Virus record (IMG/VR): IMGVR_UViG_2547132035_000002
Length of the DNA: 21,072 nt
Strand: one strand, 5' to 3'
Origin: a virus
Lineage: Duplodnaviria; Heunggongvirae; Uroviricota; Caudoviricetes
Position 1 is the stretch's first letter. The number at the start of each line of letters is the position of its first letter. Below, one piece after another: positions 7,751 through 16,733 of the stretch. A program made the position numbers and the translations under genes. A model generated the notes under the pieces. That model searched no databases. It was given only the letters and a program-made list of their open reading frames with translations, and had not been told where the DNA came from.

Positions 7751-8863
7751 TTATTTTTTAAATCCAATATCGATAGGTTGATATTTATTTTTGATATATC
7801 TTGCAATGCTATCAAAATCCCCATAAATGAATTTTTCATTAATTCCCATCAAATCTAATTCTTCTAATATTTTATCCTTGTTTTCTACAACTATTATCAT
7901 ATCGGGCCATACTCTTTGTTGAGAGATAATGTGACTTCCAAAAGTACTTTCATCATATGAAAGATATGCCTGATAGATGAATAAGCCCTGTTGATTTCGC
8001 CCCCTTTCGAAAGATAAGATAGGATTATAAATAAAATTCGGAATACAATTGAGCCACCAAACAATTCCCTCATCCTCAACTATCTTTTTTAAAAAATCCT
8101 GCAACATCAACAAATATTCCAACACAACAATTTCTTTTGAATGATAATTATGTTCTATTTCCGTATATAACTCCTTATTCTTTTGAATAAATGTATAATC
8201 TATATAAGACTCATATAATCCCTTATTAAACTTTGGAAATCTTGACCTTTTTGGTGTTATAGGTTCCTTGTCAATGAAGTAATATCTATAGTCATCATAT
8301 AAACACTTAAAATATACATAAAATTCATATGGAAACTGCCTATAAAAACTCAAAAATTTATCATAGAAGTTTAAAATAATATTCCCATCATTTTTTATTA
8401 AACTCATTAAGATATTTTTATCCTCGTTTTTTAAAACAATGTCTGTGACATCAATAAGTCTATTTTTGACTATGTATACAAATCCTCGTTCTTCATCATA
8501 GCTTTCATCAGTATTATGAAAAGACTGACATGCAAAAAACAATGCTACTAATGGAGAATATGTAAAGTCTATTAAATTTGTTGGAATTCCATGATGCTGA
8601 GAAAAAGCAAGAAAACTCCCCTGCTCAGTTGAACTAATCTTATAAGAAACTTCTCTGTTAAAATCATTTATCATCTTAATAAATGGATATTCACCATTTC
8701 TTAATCCAGAAGATATAGTTTCCAAGAAGTTAGTTGGCTCACCTCTATAAATACAACTATCAAACTTGTTATCTGAAAACAATTTTATATAATCTGATAA
8801 GTTTCTAATTACTTTCTCGTTTGGCGTTTTTAAGTTTTTTATATCTCTTTTAGAATATCTCAT
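7751..8863 (-). CDS. FRG-domain protein
   Basis: IYRGE plus QHHGIPTNLIDFTYSPLVALFFAC (FRG signature), R..NQQGLF, and the C-terminal ILEELDLMGINEKFIYGD. Confidence 0.9.
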   Translation of the reverse strand: MRYSKRDIKNLKTPNEKVIRNLSDYIKLFSDNKFDSCIYRGEPTNFLETISSGLRNGEYPFIKMINDFNREVSYKISSTEQGSFLAFSQHHGIPTNLIDFTYSPLVALFFACQSFHNTDESYDEERGFVYIVKNRLIDVTDIVLKNEDKNILMSLIKNDGNIILNFYDKFLSFYRQFPYEFYVYFKCLYDDYRYYFIDKEPITPKRSRFPKFNKGLYESYIDYTFIQKNKELYTEIEHNYHSKEIVVLEYLLMLQDFLKKIVEDEGIVWWLNCIPNFIYNPILSFERGRNQQGLFIYQAYLSYDESTFGSHIISQQRVWPDMIIVVENKDKILEELDLMGINEKFIYGDFDSIARYIKNKYQPIDIGFKK

Positions 8864-8900
8864 ATTATTCCTTCTTTCTATAATAAACTGACTATTATTT

Positions 8901-8914
8901 TTATTTTAACACAA
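8901..8914 (-). promoter_or_regulatory. Extended -10 promoter of the FRG-caspase-Schlafen operon
   Basis: TTGTGTTAAAATAA, identical over 14 bp to 10541-10554 upstream of leader copy 4. Confidence 0.5.
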
Positions 8915-8969
8915 GAATATATTAGGACATACTCTTTTATAAATTTCTTTAATATTATCAATTCTATAA

Positions 8970-8998
8970 TAAAAAAACAAAAAGAGGCTTGAGCCCCT
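8970..8998 (-). terminator. Intrinsic terminator after Ntn copy 3
   Basis: Minus strand reads AGGGGC-TCAA-GCCTCT followed by TTTTGTTTTTTT, overlapping the TAG stop. Confidence 0.65.
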
Positions 8999-9650
8999 AC
9001 TGAAATATTTCTACATTCACAGGTTTCCCTACATCATTGTACTCAATTTCAGAAAATACATCTTTTGCATCAATAATTGTTTCAATATAATTTTTAATCA
9101 TATCAGCATATTTAGATATTTCGATATGATTATAAAATGTTTGATTATTATATAAATGACAATAAAACTCACTACCTCCATAAAAAACCTGTTTTCCATA
9201 TTCCTTTTTTGAAAAAACAATTCTTTTATCATATTCTATGAAACATCGAAGCAAAAAATATTTATTGTTCTTGTTTTTGCTTCCTATTATAAAAGCATAT
9301 TTTCCATCATGATAATCGCCTTTATCATTTTGGATAGCCTCATCAAGAGATTTAAAAAAAATTTCATAGTCAATTCCGTTTTTTAAATGTTCAGCAATAT
9401 AATCTTCTATATTCACTCTATTCTTTTCAGAAAAGATTTCATTATGACCATGTGTAACAAAAATAAATTTATCATTTTTAAATATTTTAGTTATCTTTCC
9501 TCTTTGGACGTCCTCACCTATCACACCATTTGCAAACCTTAATGTTGCTTTACTATCCGCAAAACCAATGATTCCCTCTCTTGTATTATGCAAGCCAACA
9601 AAGCTCATATTTTCTCCAACCTTTCTTATGCTATTTGTTTTACATTCCAT
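8997..9650 (-). CDS. Proteasome-beta-like Ntn-hydrolase family protein, copy 3 (Ser-type; internal/mature start 9608)
   Basis: After Met15 it reads SFVGLHNTREGIIGFADSKAT (Ser1, Asp17), then TKIFK, FVTHG and a C-terminal VGKPVNVEIFQ. Confidence 0.75.
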   Translation of the reverse strand: MECKTNSIRKVGENMSFVGLHNTREGIIGFADSKATLRFANGVIGEDVQRGKITKIFKNDKFIFVTHGHNEIFSEKNRVNIEDYIAEHLKNGIDYEIFFKSLDEAIQNDKGDYHDGKYAFIIGSKNKNNKYFLLRCFIEYDKRIVFSKKEYGKQVFYGGSEFYCHLYNNQTFYNHIEISKYADMIKNYIETIIDAKDVFSEIEYNDVGKPVNVEIFQ

Positions 9651-9654
9651 TATT

Positions 9655-9677
9655 TCATCTCCAGCAGAGTACTGCTA
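9655..9677 (-). promoter_or_regulatory. Conserved Ntn leader element, copy 3
   Basis: TAGCAG-TACT-CTGCT-GGAGATGA, with TATAAT at 9685-9690. Confidence 0.8.
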
Positions 9678-9690
9678 TATATTTATTATA

Positions 9691-10509
9691 TTAAAAATTC
9701 TCTTCAACGCCATTCATATAGGTACAGACATTTCCTTGAATATCCATATAAACCTCATAAATAGGATTTCCTATAGTTTTATCTGCTTTGTTATTCTTTT
9801 TTTCTCTATCATTTTTTTGAATCTGTTGCCTAATCTTGTTGAATACAATTTTTTGTATATTATCTGTTTCCTTTGGAATTTTTTTTATATGCCTTTTATT
9901 AGTATTAAATAATTCAGCATATGTTCCTATGCAATTAAAAGCAGGATTGCCCTCTTTTGTGAAGTCAATAATATACATATAATATTCTTTGCTTGTCCCT
10001 ATCTCATTTAAAACTAAATTTTCATTTTTTATGAGCTGTGCCTCTTTCACTTTTTTGATTTCCACTCTCTTTGTTTTTATTTTTCCTTCATCTATCCAAG
10101 CAATATAATATTGAATAAACTTTGCTCTGTCTTCAATATCCATATCCTCTAAAAACTCTGCTGATTTTAAAATAAGATTATTGTACAATACATCAAAGGA
10201 AGTATAAGCATTTAGCAACTCTGTAATTATATCTTTAACATAAATAATATTAAAATCATCATATGATTTAGAATTATCTCCAGCACTTGCTATAATTACG
10301 CTTTTATCTTTGTTAACGAACAGTTTCTGGATAAAATGATTGTCTCTTGGATTTGTATTCCATGAGTCTGCACCGATACATATACTCTTCTTAGTCTGCA
10401 TACCTATAATACTTGTCATATCATAAAAATTCCTTTCTATACTCACATCTAATTTCTTAGAATAATCAACAGGCATAATTGAACGCGAATGTGATTCTTT
10501 TCTAGCCAT
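9691..10509 (-). CDS. Proteasome-beta-like Ntn-hydrolase family protein, copy 4 (Thr-type; internal/mature start 10419)
   Basis: After Met31 it reads TSIIGMQTKKSICIGADSWNT (Thr1, Asp17), then QKLF, IASAG and a C-terminal TIGNPIYEVYMDIQG. Confidence 0.75.
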   Translation of the reverse strand: MARKESHSRSIMPVDYSKKLDVSIERNFYDMTSIIGMQTKKSICIGADSWNTNPRDNHFIQKLFVNKDKSVIIASAGDNSKSYDDFNIIYVKDIITELLNAYTSFDVLYNNLILKSAEFLEDMDIEDRAKFIQYYIAWIDEGKIKTKRVEIKKVKEAQLIKNENLVLNEIGTSKEYYMYIIDFTKEGNPAFNCIGTYAELFNTNKRHIKKIPKETDNIQKIVFNKIRQQIQKNDREKKNNKADKTIGNPIYEVYMDIQGNVCTYMNGVEENF

Positions 10510-10514
10510 TTACC

Positions 10515-10537
10515 TCATCTCCAGCAGTTGACTGCTA
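10515..10537 (-). promoter_or_regulatory. Conserved Ntn leader element, copy 4
   Basis: TAGCAG-TCAA-CTGCT-GGAGATGA. The TGTTAAAAT at 10543-10551 overlaps the stop codon of the NACHT gene. Confidence 0.8.
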
Positions 10538-10545
10538 TACTTATT

Positions 10546-13500
10546 TTAACACAATAAGAATTCAATACATTTTAATAAACTTTCAAAAAGCTTAATACTC
10601 ATCTCTTTATCTCCTAAATAGGCGAAAACCTTTATCATCTCACCAAAACCATCATGTCCTCCTCCATTTTCTATAAGATACTTCATCATTTCTGATTTAG
10701 ATAATGGATTTTTTAAGGCTGCAGCAACAGTCATCCAAAAATTCAAACTATTATTTGAATATCTATTGGTACTTGGATAATGATAATCCTTAAACATATT
10801 AACAATTTTGTTAACATTTCCTGTAATATCCAAAGACTTTTGAATAAGGACTTCATTTATTTCAATAGAATCTAGCTTATGTGCTCTTCGAATCTCCTGA
10901 ATAAATGAATTTAGAGCTTCTTCTTTATTGATTGCCTTAAGTATTTCTAAGGAATTAATTTTATTAGTTTTATGAATTTCAGTAGGATAATTACTAACTC
11001 TCTTTTTAACATCTACTTGTTTATTAAATTCATTACACAATTTTATATACAGATTATATTCAGCTTCATTTAATTCTTTATTCCAGCCACTATCAACCAT
11101 AGATTTAATAACTTTTTCAGCCTTATCAAAATATTCTCTTTGTGTGTTTTTATCATAAAAATCACATGATGCAATTTTTAAATATACATTAATTTTATGA
11201 TAGAAATAATCCAAATTAAATTTTTGAAAATAATCATTAATTAAATATCTTGCATTTTTAAGACATTCTTCAGCCAATTCAATTTTTTGTCCTCTGCTTA
11301 CAATCCCCAAAGCCATTTCATAATGGACTCGATTATCATCAATAATTGATGATGATTGCCTATAACAATATATAGCCATATCAAAATCATATTGAATAAG
11401 TATATTTATTAGCATACTATGAGTGGAATTTTGGATATTATATTTTTTCATTTGGACCGTTATCTCCAAAATTTTATCCAAATAAGCTTTTAATTTTTCA
11501 GAAGTTAGCCAATTGTTTTTAATAATACACTTCAATCCAGGAATGAGCACACTATCTGCTAAACTGTCCTTGCTCTCATCCATTCTCATAACCACACTTC
11601 TTATTCCTTGCATTAATAAATTATATCCCTGTATACTTTCTTTAGAAGATGTTATGAAGGATAATTGGAAAAGTGATTCACTTGTTGATATATAATCAAT
11701 ATCATAATAAATATCTTCTCTATTCAACTGTTCTATCATAGATGAATTAATAAGCTTATCGTATTGTTGAGAATTATATGATTTTAATGTAAAATAAACT
11801 TTTAATAAGTTTTCGTTGTCCGTATTATAATTAACATAATCTATTACATTTTTTAGTTCTACTATATCCAAACTTGCAAATGCTATTGCTTTACCTATGA
11901 GTTTCTGACCCAGATATTTCATCTTTTTTGCATTATTTAGGTATTCAACAAGTTGAGACGCAAAATACTGTAAAGAGCAGTCGCAAGTTATGAGTCTATA
12001 ATAGTCTCTGTACAACATTATATAATCTATTATTGATGCATGTCCCTTTGCTTTGACATTAAGTGGTATAAATAAGAAACTGATAAAGTCAATATTATCT
12101 TCATTTAATGAAAAGTAGTCAAATTTTTGCCCTTCCAGGAAAATTGTCAAAGACTCTCTTTCATTTACTGTCAATTGCACATTTATAATACCTTTTAAGG
12201 CTATACAAGCCAGACTGCTCAATTTGTTTCCAGTAATTTCATCAGCTAAAACTGTTTGAAGAGTTTTTAGAATGACATTATTATTTAAAATTCTTTCCAG
12301 ACATTCCACTGTAGCCATAGAAACAATAAATATACTTAATTGATTGTAATTCATTTCAGAAATGGTTTTTGCACATTTCTGTGGATAATACATAATGAGA
12401 TTATAATAAATAGCAGTTATTTGATTTATAGATATATCATTATTGTTCTTAAGTAAATTATCAATATTTATATCTTTGCTATTCTCTATTAAGTTATCTA
12501 ATATTTTATCAACATCGCAATTCAAAATAATCATTTTAATATATACTAGATTCCTCCAGACAAGAAAATTATCTCTTACAGATGCATTATAATAGTATTT
12601 ATTGCCTTGGCTTAAGTTGTCGATTGTAAGAAATTTATCTAAATATATAGATAAATACTCTCTTTTTCCATATTGATACATTAAAGAAATTAAGCTTATA
12701 AAATTTCTATAAAAATAATCTAAATCCTGGTAATTGGTATTTCCAGTTTGTAATAAAGAAATAGTTTTATCCCCCATATAATTAAAGAACTTATGAATAG
12801 GCAATGAAGTATCATTAAGAACAATCTCAAATAAATCATGAGAAAGTCCTGCAATTGCATAAACTATGTAATTAGACCAATAGTAAGGATACTTATCAAC
12901 TCCCCAATTGTCATCATTATCTAAATAAACATTAAATAAACTGATTTCAAATGCTAAGGGTAAATCATTATTCTTTTCTGATTGATTTTGGAGATGAGGA
13001 ATAAGTAAATTTTCAAACATATCATAATTAACGATTATATCTTTCTTTCTTAAAAAACATAAATCTTCTTTCATCATTGTTTCAAATTTTAAAATTGCAA
13101 AGTATTCTAAAAAACGTCTATGCTGATAAGAAAAAATAAAGCTATTATCAGTTAAATTATAATCAAAAAAGCAGTCAGATAAATATGAAATAATATTATT
13201 TTGTGATTGATAATCACACTTTGGATAATATTTAGAAATAATACTTATTAGTCTTTCTCGTGTGAAACTGAATTCATTATCTATAAATAGCGAATAGGAT
13301 AATTCCTTATTTATTTTTAAAATTGCATTTTCTTTCGGATTAGGCAGATTAAGTCCATCCAAATACTTTTTGTAATGGATATCATTAAGTGTTGTATGAA
13401 TACTTAGATTTAATAAATCAGAAAGAAAATGAGTATGCTTTATTTGAAGGATATATTCCCAAAACAGAGATAAGGTTAGAATATCTGGTAGATTATCATA

Positions 13501-14616
13501 TAAGTTTTCATTGTTTTCATAAAAAATTTCAAATTGTCTACTTCTATCTATGTCATTTTTACTTTGAAAATACTTATTTATTAAATCCTTAGATAAATCA
13601 ACAATTGTATATTCTTCAATGTTTTGAAATGTTGCTTTAAGGATAAATTTATTATGACTTGATATTCGAGATGAAATAATTATCTTTTTTGTTTGGTCTT
13701 TATCCAAAAGTCCTTCTATAAATAATAGAGTTTGTGTGACAATTTGGTTTGGCACTTCATCAAAACCATCAAGTAAGTATATAAATTTATTTATTGAAGT
13801 ATTTGCATAATACATTTTTTTATAGTTATTTATTATCTTTTCCAGATTATCGAAAGATGTGTTATTAAGATTTATAAATACACATAACGCATTCACAGAT
13901 TCAATTTTTCGAAGTTGATTATCAGCTGATTCTTCTTCTAATCCTGAAAAAATGTTAGAGATTTTTCTCATACAAACACTTTTTCCAGTTCCCGCATTTC
14001 CTGTTAATAGAAACAGTTTGGAATTTTTTTCTAAAATTTCATTACAAAAATGAGTTATTGTTAAAACATCCTTATTATTTTTTAATTGCAACTCAAGATA
14101 TTCTTTTGAATGTAAAAGAGTATTCATTCTAACACTTTTGCTATCTGCAATCGCTTCTAAAAGATTGGTATCACCAAAAAAGAATTCTGCCAAGTCTAAA
14201 TTATTAGGCTGATTGAGTTCAACTTCAAAGTTTTGAGGTAAATACCATATAAGTTCTATATTTTCTTTCCTACAAATATCCTCTATTTTTTTGGCAGCAT
14301 TACATGTTGTTTTGACAAATAGATTTACATACACAATGATATAATCGAGGTTTTTATATGCTTTCACAGCTTTTGATATTGATTGACTAATATTTAAGTA
14401 ATTCATATTCTTCTCAAAGAATTTACTTTGAAATCCCCACCATTTTCCATCACAATCCTGAATAGGTTCAGTTTCTAAACCAACTTGATTAAAATCTGTA
14501 TGGATGCCTTCAGTTATTTGAAACTTACGACAAAACAAAAAATAACACAAACTCTCAAACGCTTCTGTAGTATTTTTATTTTTAAGTTGAAATTTACTCC
14601 AATTTATAGTAATCAT
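10546..14616 (-). CDS. AVAST-like STAND/NACHT NTPase with an N-terminal PD-(D/E)xK (Mrr-like) nuclease and a long helical C-terminal region
   Basis: Walker A GNAGTGKS (~13978-14001), Walker B YLLDGFDEV, sensor IIISSR and F.HRRFLEYFA. The N-terminus carries FESLC...GLE...GFQSKFF (E..E..QxK). The start was moved to 14616 because GGAGGAG lies 8 nt upstream; the ORF-track start is 14634. Confidence 0.8.
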   Translation of the reverse strand: MITINWSKFQLKNKNTTEAFESLCYFLFCRKFQITEGIHTDFNQVGLETEPIQDCDGKWWGFQSKFFEKNMNYLNISQSISKAVKAYKNLDYIIVYVNLFVKTTCNAAKKIEDICRKENIELIWYLPQNFEVELNQPNNLDLAEFFFGDTNLLEAIADSKSVRMNTLLHSKEYLELQLKNNKDVLTITHFCNEILEKNSKLFLLTGNAGTGKSVCMRKISNIFSGLEEESADNQLRKIESVNALCVFINLNNTSFDNLEKIINNYKKMYYANTSINKFIYLLDGFDEVPNQIVTQTLLFIEGLLDKDQTKKIIISSRISSHNKFILKATFQNIEEYTIVDLSKDLINKYFQSKNDIDRSRQFEIFYENNENLYDNLPDILTLSLFWEYILQIKHTHFLSDLLNLSIHTTLNDIHYKKYLDGLNLPNPKENAILKINKELSYSLFIDNEFSFTRERLISIISKYYPKCDYQSQNNIISYLSDCFFDYNLTDNSFIFSYQHRRFLEYFAILKFETMMKEDLCFLRKKDIIVNYDMFENLLIPHLQNQSEKNNDLPLAFEISLFNVYLDNDDNWGVDKYPYYWSNYIVYAIAGLSHDLFEIVLNDTSLPIHKFFNYMGDKTISLLQTGNTNYQDLDYFYRNFISLISLMYQYGKREYLSIYLDKFLTIDNLSQGNKYYYNASVRDNFLVWRNLVYIKMIILNCDVDKILDNLIENSKDINIDNLLKNNNDISINQITAIYYNLIMYYPQKCAKTISEMNYNQLSIFIVSMATVECLERILNNNVILKTLQTVLADEITGNKLSSLACIALKGIINVQLTVNERESLTIFLEGQKFDYFSLNEDNIDFISFLFIPLNVKAKGHASIIDYIMLYRDYYRLITCDCSLQYFASQLVEYLNNAKKMKYLGQKLIGKAIAFASLDIVELKNVIDYVNYNTDNENLLKVYFTLKSYNSQQYDKLINSSMIEQLNREDIYYDIDYISTSESLFQLSFITSSKESIQGYNLLMQGIRSVVMRMDESKDSLADSVLIPGLKCIIKNNWLTSEKLKAYLDKILEITVQMKKYNIQNSTHSMLINILIQYDFDMAIYCYRQSSSIIDDNRVHYEMALGIVSRGQKIELAEECLKNARYLINDYFQKFNLDYFYHKINVYLKIASCDFYDKNTQREYFDKAEKVIKSMVDSGWNKELNEAEYNLYIKLCNEFNKQVDVKKRVSNYPTEIHKTNKINSLEILKAINKEEALNSFIQEIRRAHKLDSIEINEVLIQKSLDITGNVNKIVNMFKDYHYPSTNRYSNNSLNFWMTVAAALKNPLSKSEMMKYLIENGGGHDGFGEMIKVFAYLGDKEMSIKLFESLLKCIEFLLC

Positions 14617-14733
14617 TATGAAAACTCCTCCCATATATATTTCTATAATACAACATTTTTCACACCAATATAGAATAAATAGATATTTTTATTAAAAAAC
14701 AGACTATCTTCTTGCTTTATCTTTATACAAGAT

Positions 14734-14783
14734 AAAAAGAAGCCTTGAATACTGATAATATTAACCAGTATTTAAAGCTTCTT
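14734..14783 (-). terminator. Long intrinsic terminator after Ntn copy 5
   Basis: 18-bp imperfect inverted repeat AAGAAGCCTTGAATACTG (14737-14754) / CAGTATTTAAAGCTTCTT (14766-14783), with a T-tract on the minus strand. Confidence 0.7.
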
Positions 14784-14809
14784 CTATCACCTAAATAAAT
14801 TTTATCTTT

Positions 14810-15451
14810 CTACTGAAATATCTCTACATTTACAGGGAGCCCTACAGGATTGTAGGAAGAAAACTTATCTACATCTTTGATTATATTTTCTATTTTATCT
14901 TTTATCTCATTTTGAATTAGCAATATTTGATTAAGTCTAAAATTAAAAGTATATGTCAAATGGGTATAGTAATCGTTTCCCATAGTATAAGTTTGCAAAT
15001 CTCTAAACTTCTTACAAATAATTATTTGATTATTTATAATATCAACATGCTGTACATAATAGCCAAATTCATCTTTACTCCCAATTATAAATTTATATAA
15101 ATTATTAAAATTCAATTGATTTGAAGATATTCTACATAATAGTTTTTCAAAAAAATCAAAATAATTGTTGTAGTTATTAATATTATCTAACATAAAATTC
15201 TCTATATTTATATTAAAATTGCTTTCATCAAAGAATGTGTTGGCATTACATGTTACTAAAACATAATGATTGTTTTTAAAGACTTTTTGAATGTTTCCTC
15301 TTTTTGTATCTTCTTTGCTATTTCCTAATGCATCTCTTATAGTTCCTTTGCTATCTCCAAATGCTACAATACCATCATCACATATTGTCATTCCTACAAA
15401 GCTCATACTATTCATATCCCTTCTTATATTGTTTGATTGAACTGTTATCAT
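14810..15451 (-). CDS. Proteasome-beta-like Ntn-hydrolase family protein, copy 5 (Ser-type; internal/mature start 15406)
   Basis: After Met16 it reads SFVGMTICDDGIVAFGDSKGT (Ser1, Asp17), then QKVFK and a C-terminal PVGLPVNVEIFQ. Confidence 0.75.
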   Translation of the reverse strand: MITVQSNNIRRDMNSMSFVGMTICDDGIVAFGDSKGTIRDALGNSKEDTKRGNIQKVFKNNHYVLVTCNANTFFDESNFNINIENFMLDNINNYNNYFDFFEKLLCRISSNQLNFNNLYKFIIGSKDEFGYYVQHVDIINNQIIICKKFRDLQTYTMGNDYYTHLTYTFNFRLNQILLIQNEIKDKIENIIKDVDKFSSYNPVGLPVNVEIFQ

Positions 15452-15455
15452 TATT

Positions 15456-15478
15456 TCATCTCCAGCAACTGACTGCTA
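15456..15478 (-). promoter_or_regulatory. Conserved Ntn leader element, copy 5
   Basis: TAGCAG-TCAG-TTGCT-GGAGATGA, with one G-U wobble in the stem. No canonical -10 was seen. Confidence 0.75.
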
Positions 15479-15504
15479 TCTTGTTTAGCAAGTGAATCCC
15501 ATAA

Positions 15505-16665
15505 TTATATGATACACCAATAAATATAGTTTCCAGTTGTAAATTCTAGATATGCAGTCTTATCATTACAGAAAGATTTATCAAAATTCACAAATTCTCT
15601 ATTTATTAGCACCTCCGATTGATAATCTTTTAGTAATATTTCTTTATTAACAAGTTTATTATCTAATCCTTCCAATAATATGACTGGTTTTTCATAGCAT
15701 TTATCTTTTATATACCCAAAAATTGATTTATCCTCAACTATATATTCTTTCTTTAATTTATTTTGACTCTTAAACTTCTTTTCTTCAAATGAAAATGTAT
15801 TGTCAAAACACAATATTTGAATATCAGTCAAATCTTTTAATAATTTACTAAATTTATCCTTAGCTTTGCAGTCATAAATGGATATATCTGATAGTACATA
15901 AAGTATATAACTATATTTTTTACTAAAATCTAATTTAGTTAAATCTTTTGTTCGTTTCTCTTCTTTTCCTTCTTCTTTATAAAAATACATAGCGTTTGAA
16001 TAATTGTTTTTCAAGAATGTATATGCACTTTCCAATTTTGATATTTCTTCAAGTTTAAACGTATTCTTTGATAAGATATTCTTTTGAATTCTATTGATAA
16101 TATTACAATATTCTTGTGTAATATTGACATCATGAATAATTATGTCTTGAGAGGAAAAGAATTCATTAGCTCTCAAAAATGGAATTGGTATAATTATTGA
16201 GTCAAGATATATCTGAACTATATCCTCCAACTCATTTATGTTATCTTCAAATAAGTCATCTAATTCATTTAAATTATTCATAATTTTTAAACTGTTAAAT
16301 AACTCTTTTTCCATATCAGAATGCAACAAATCATCTTTATCTCCAATGCTATATCCAATGCTAGAACTGATACCAGTTGAAGTTCCTGAACTACTTGAAC
16401 ATGATACACCATGTGACATCCCCGAAGATTCACTCCAAGATGCTCCATATCCAACATCTGAACTATGTACTCTTCTTGTATTTACACCCTTTAACTCACT
16501 CTGAATAATCTTATAATTTTCAATCTGGTCTAAAACTTCCTGCTTTAGATGTTTCCCCTCTAAGGCATCTTTTATATTACTATAATACTTTCTTTTATAA
16601 TAAAATCCATTTGTATCCTTTGGATACAGATTAATACTGCTAATATCTACTTTCATTATCTCCAC
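15505..16665 (-). CDS. Hypothetical protein (386 aa) with a Ser/Gly-rich alternating segment
   Basis: RBS GAGGTGGAG and TGATATAAT at 16685-16693. Residues ~68-108 read SSDVGYGASWSESSGMSHGVSCSSSSGTSTGISSSIGYSIG. No family recognised. Confidence 0.7.
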   Translation of the reverse strand: MEIMKVDISSINLYPKDTNGFYYKRKYYSNIKDALEGKHLKQEVLDQIENYKIIQSELKGVNTRRVHSSDVGYGASWSESSGMSHGVSCSSSSGTSTGISSSIGYSIGDKDDLLHSDMEKELFNSLKIMNNLNELDDLFEDNINELEDIVQIYLDSIIIPIPFLRANEFFSSQDIIIHDVNITQEYCNIINRIQKNILSKNTFKLEEISKLESAYTFLKNNYSNAMYFYKEEGKEEKRTKDLTKLDFSKKYSYILYVLSDISIYDCKAKDKFSKLLKDLTDIQILCFDNTFSFEEKKFKSQNKLKKEYIVEDKSIFGYIKDKCYEKPVILLEGLDNKLVNKEILLKDYQSEVLINREFVNFDKSFCNDKTAYLEFTTGNYIYWCII

Positions 16666-16733
16666 CTCATAATTAATATATCTTATTATATCATAAGATG
16701 TTGAGAAGTTCTTCCAAGTCCAAACTCAGATAA

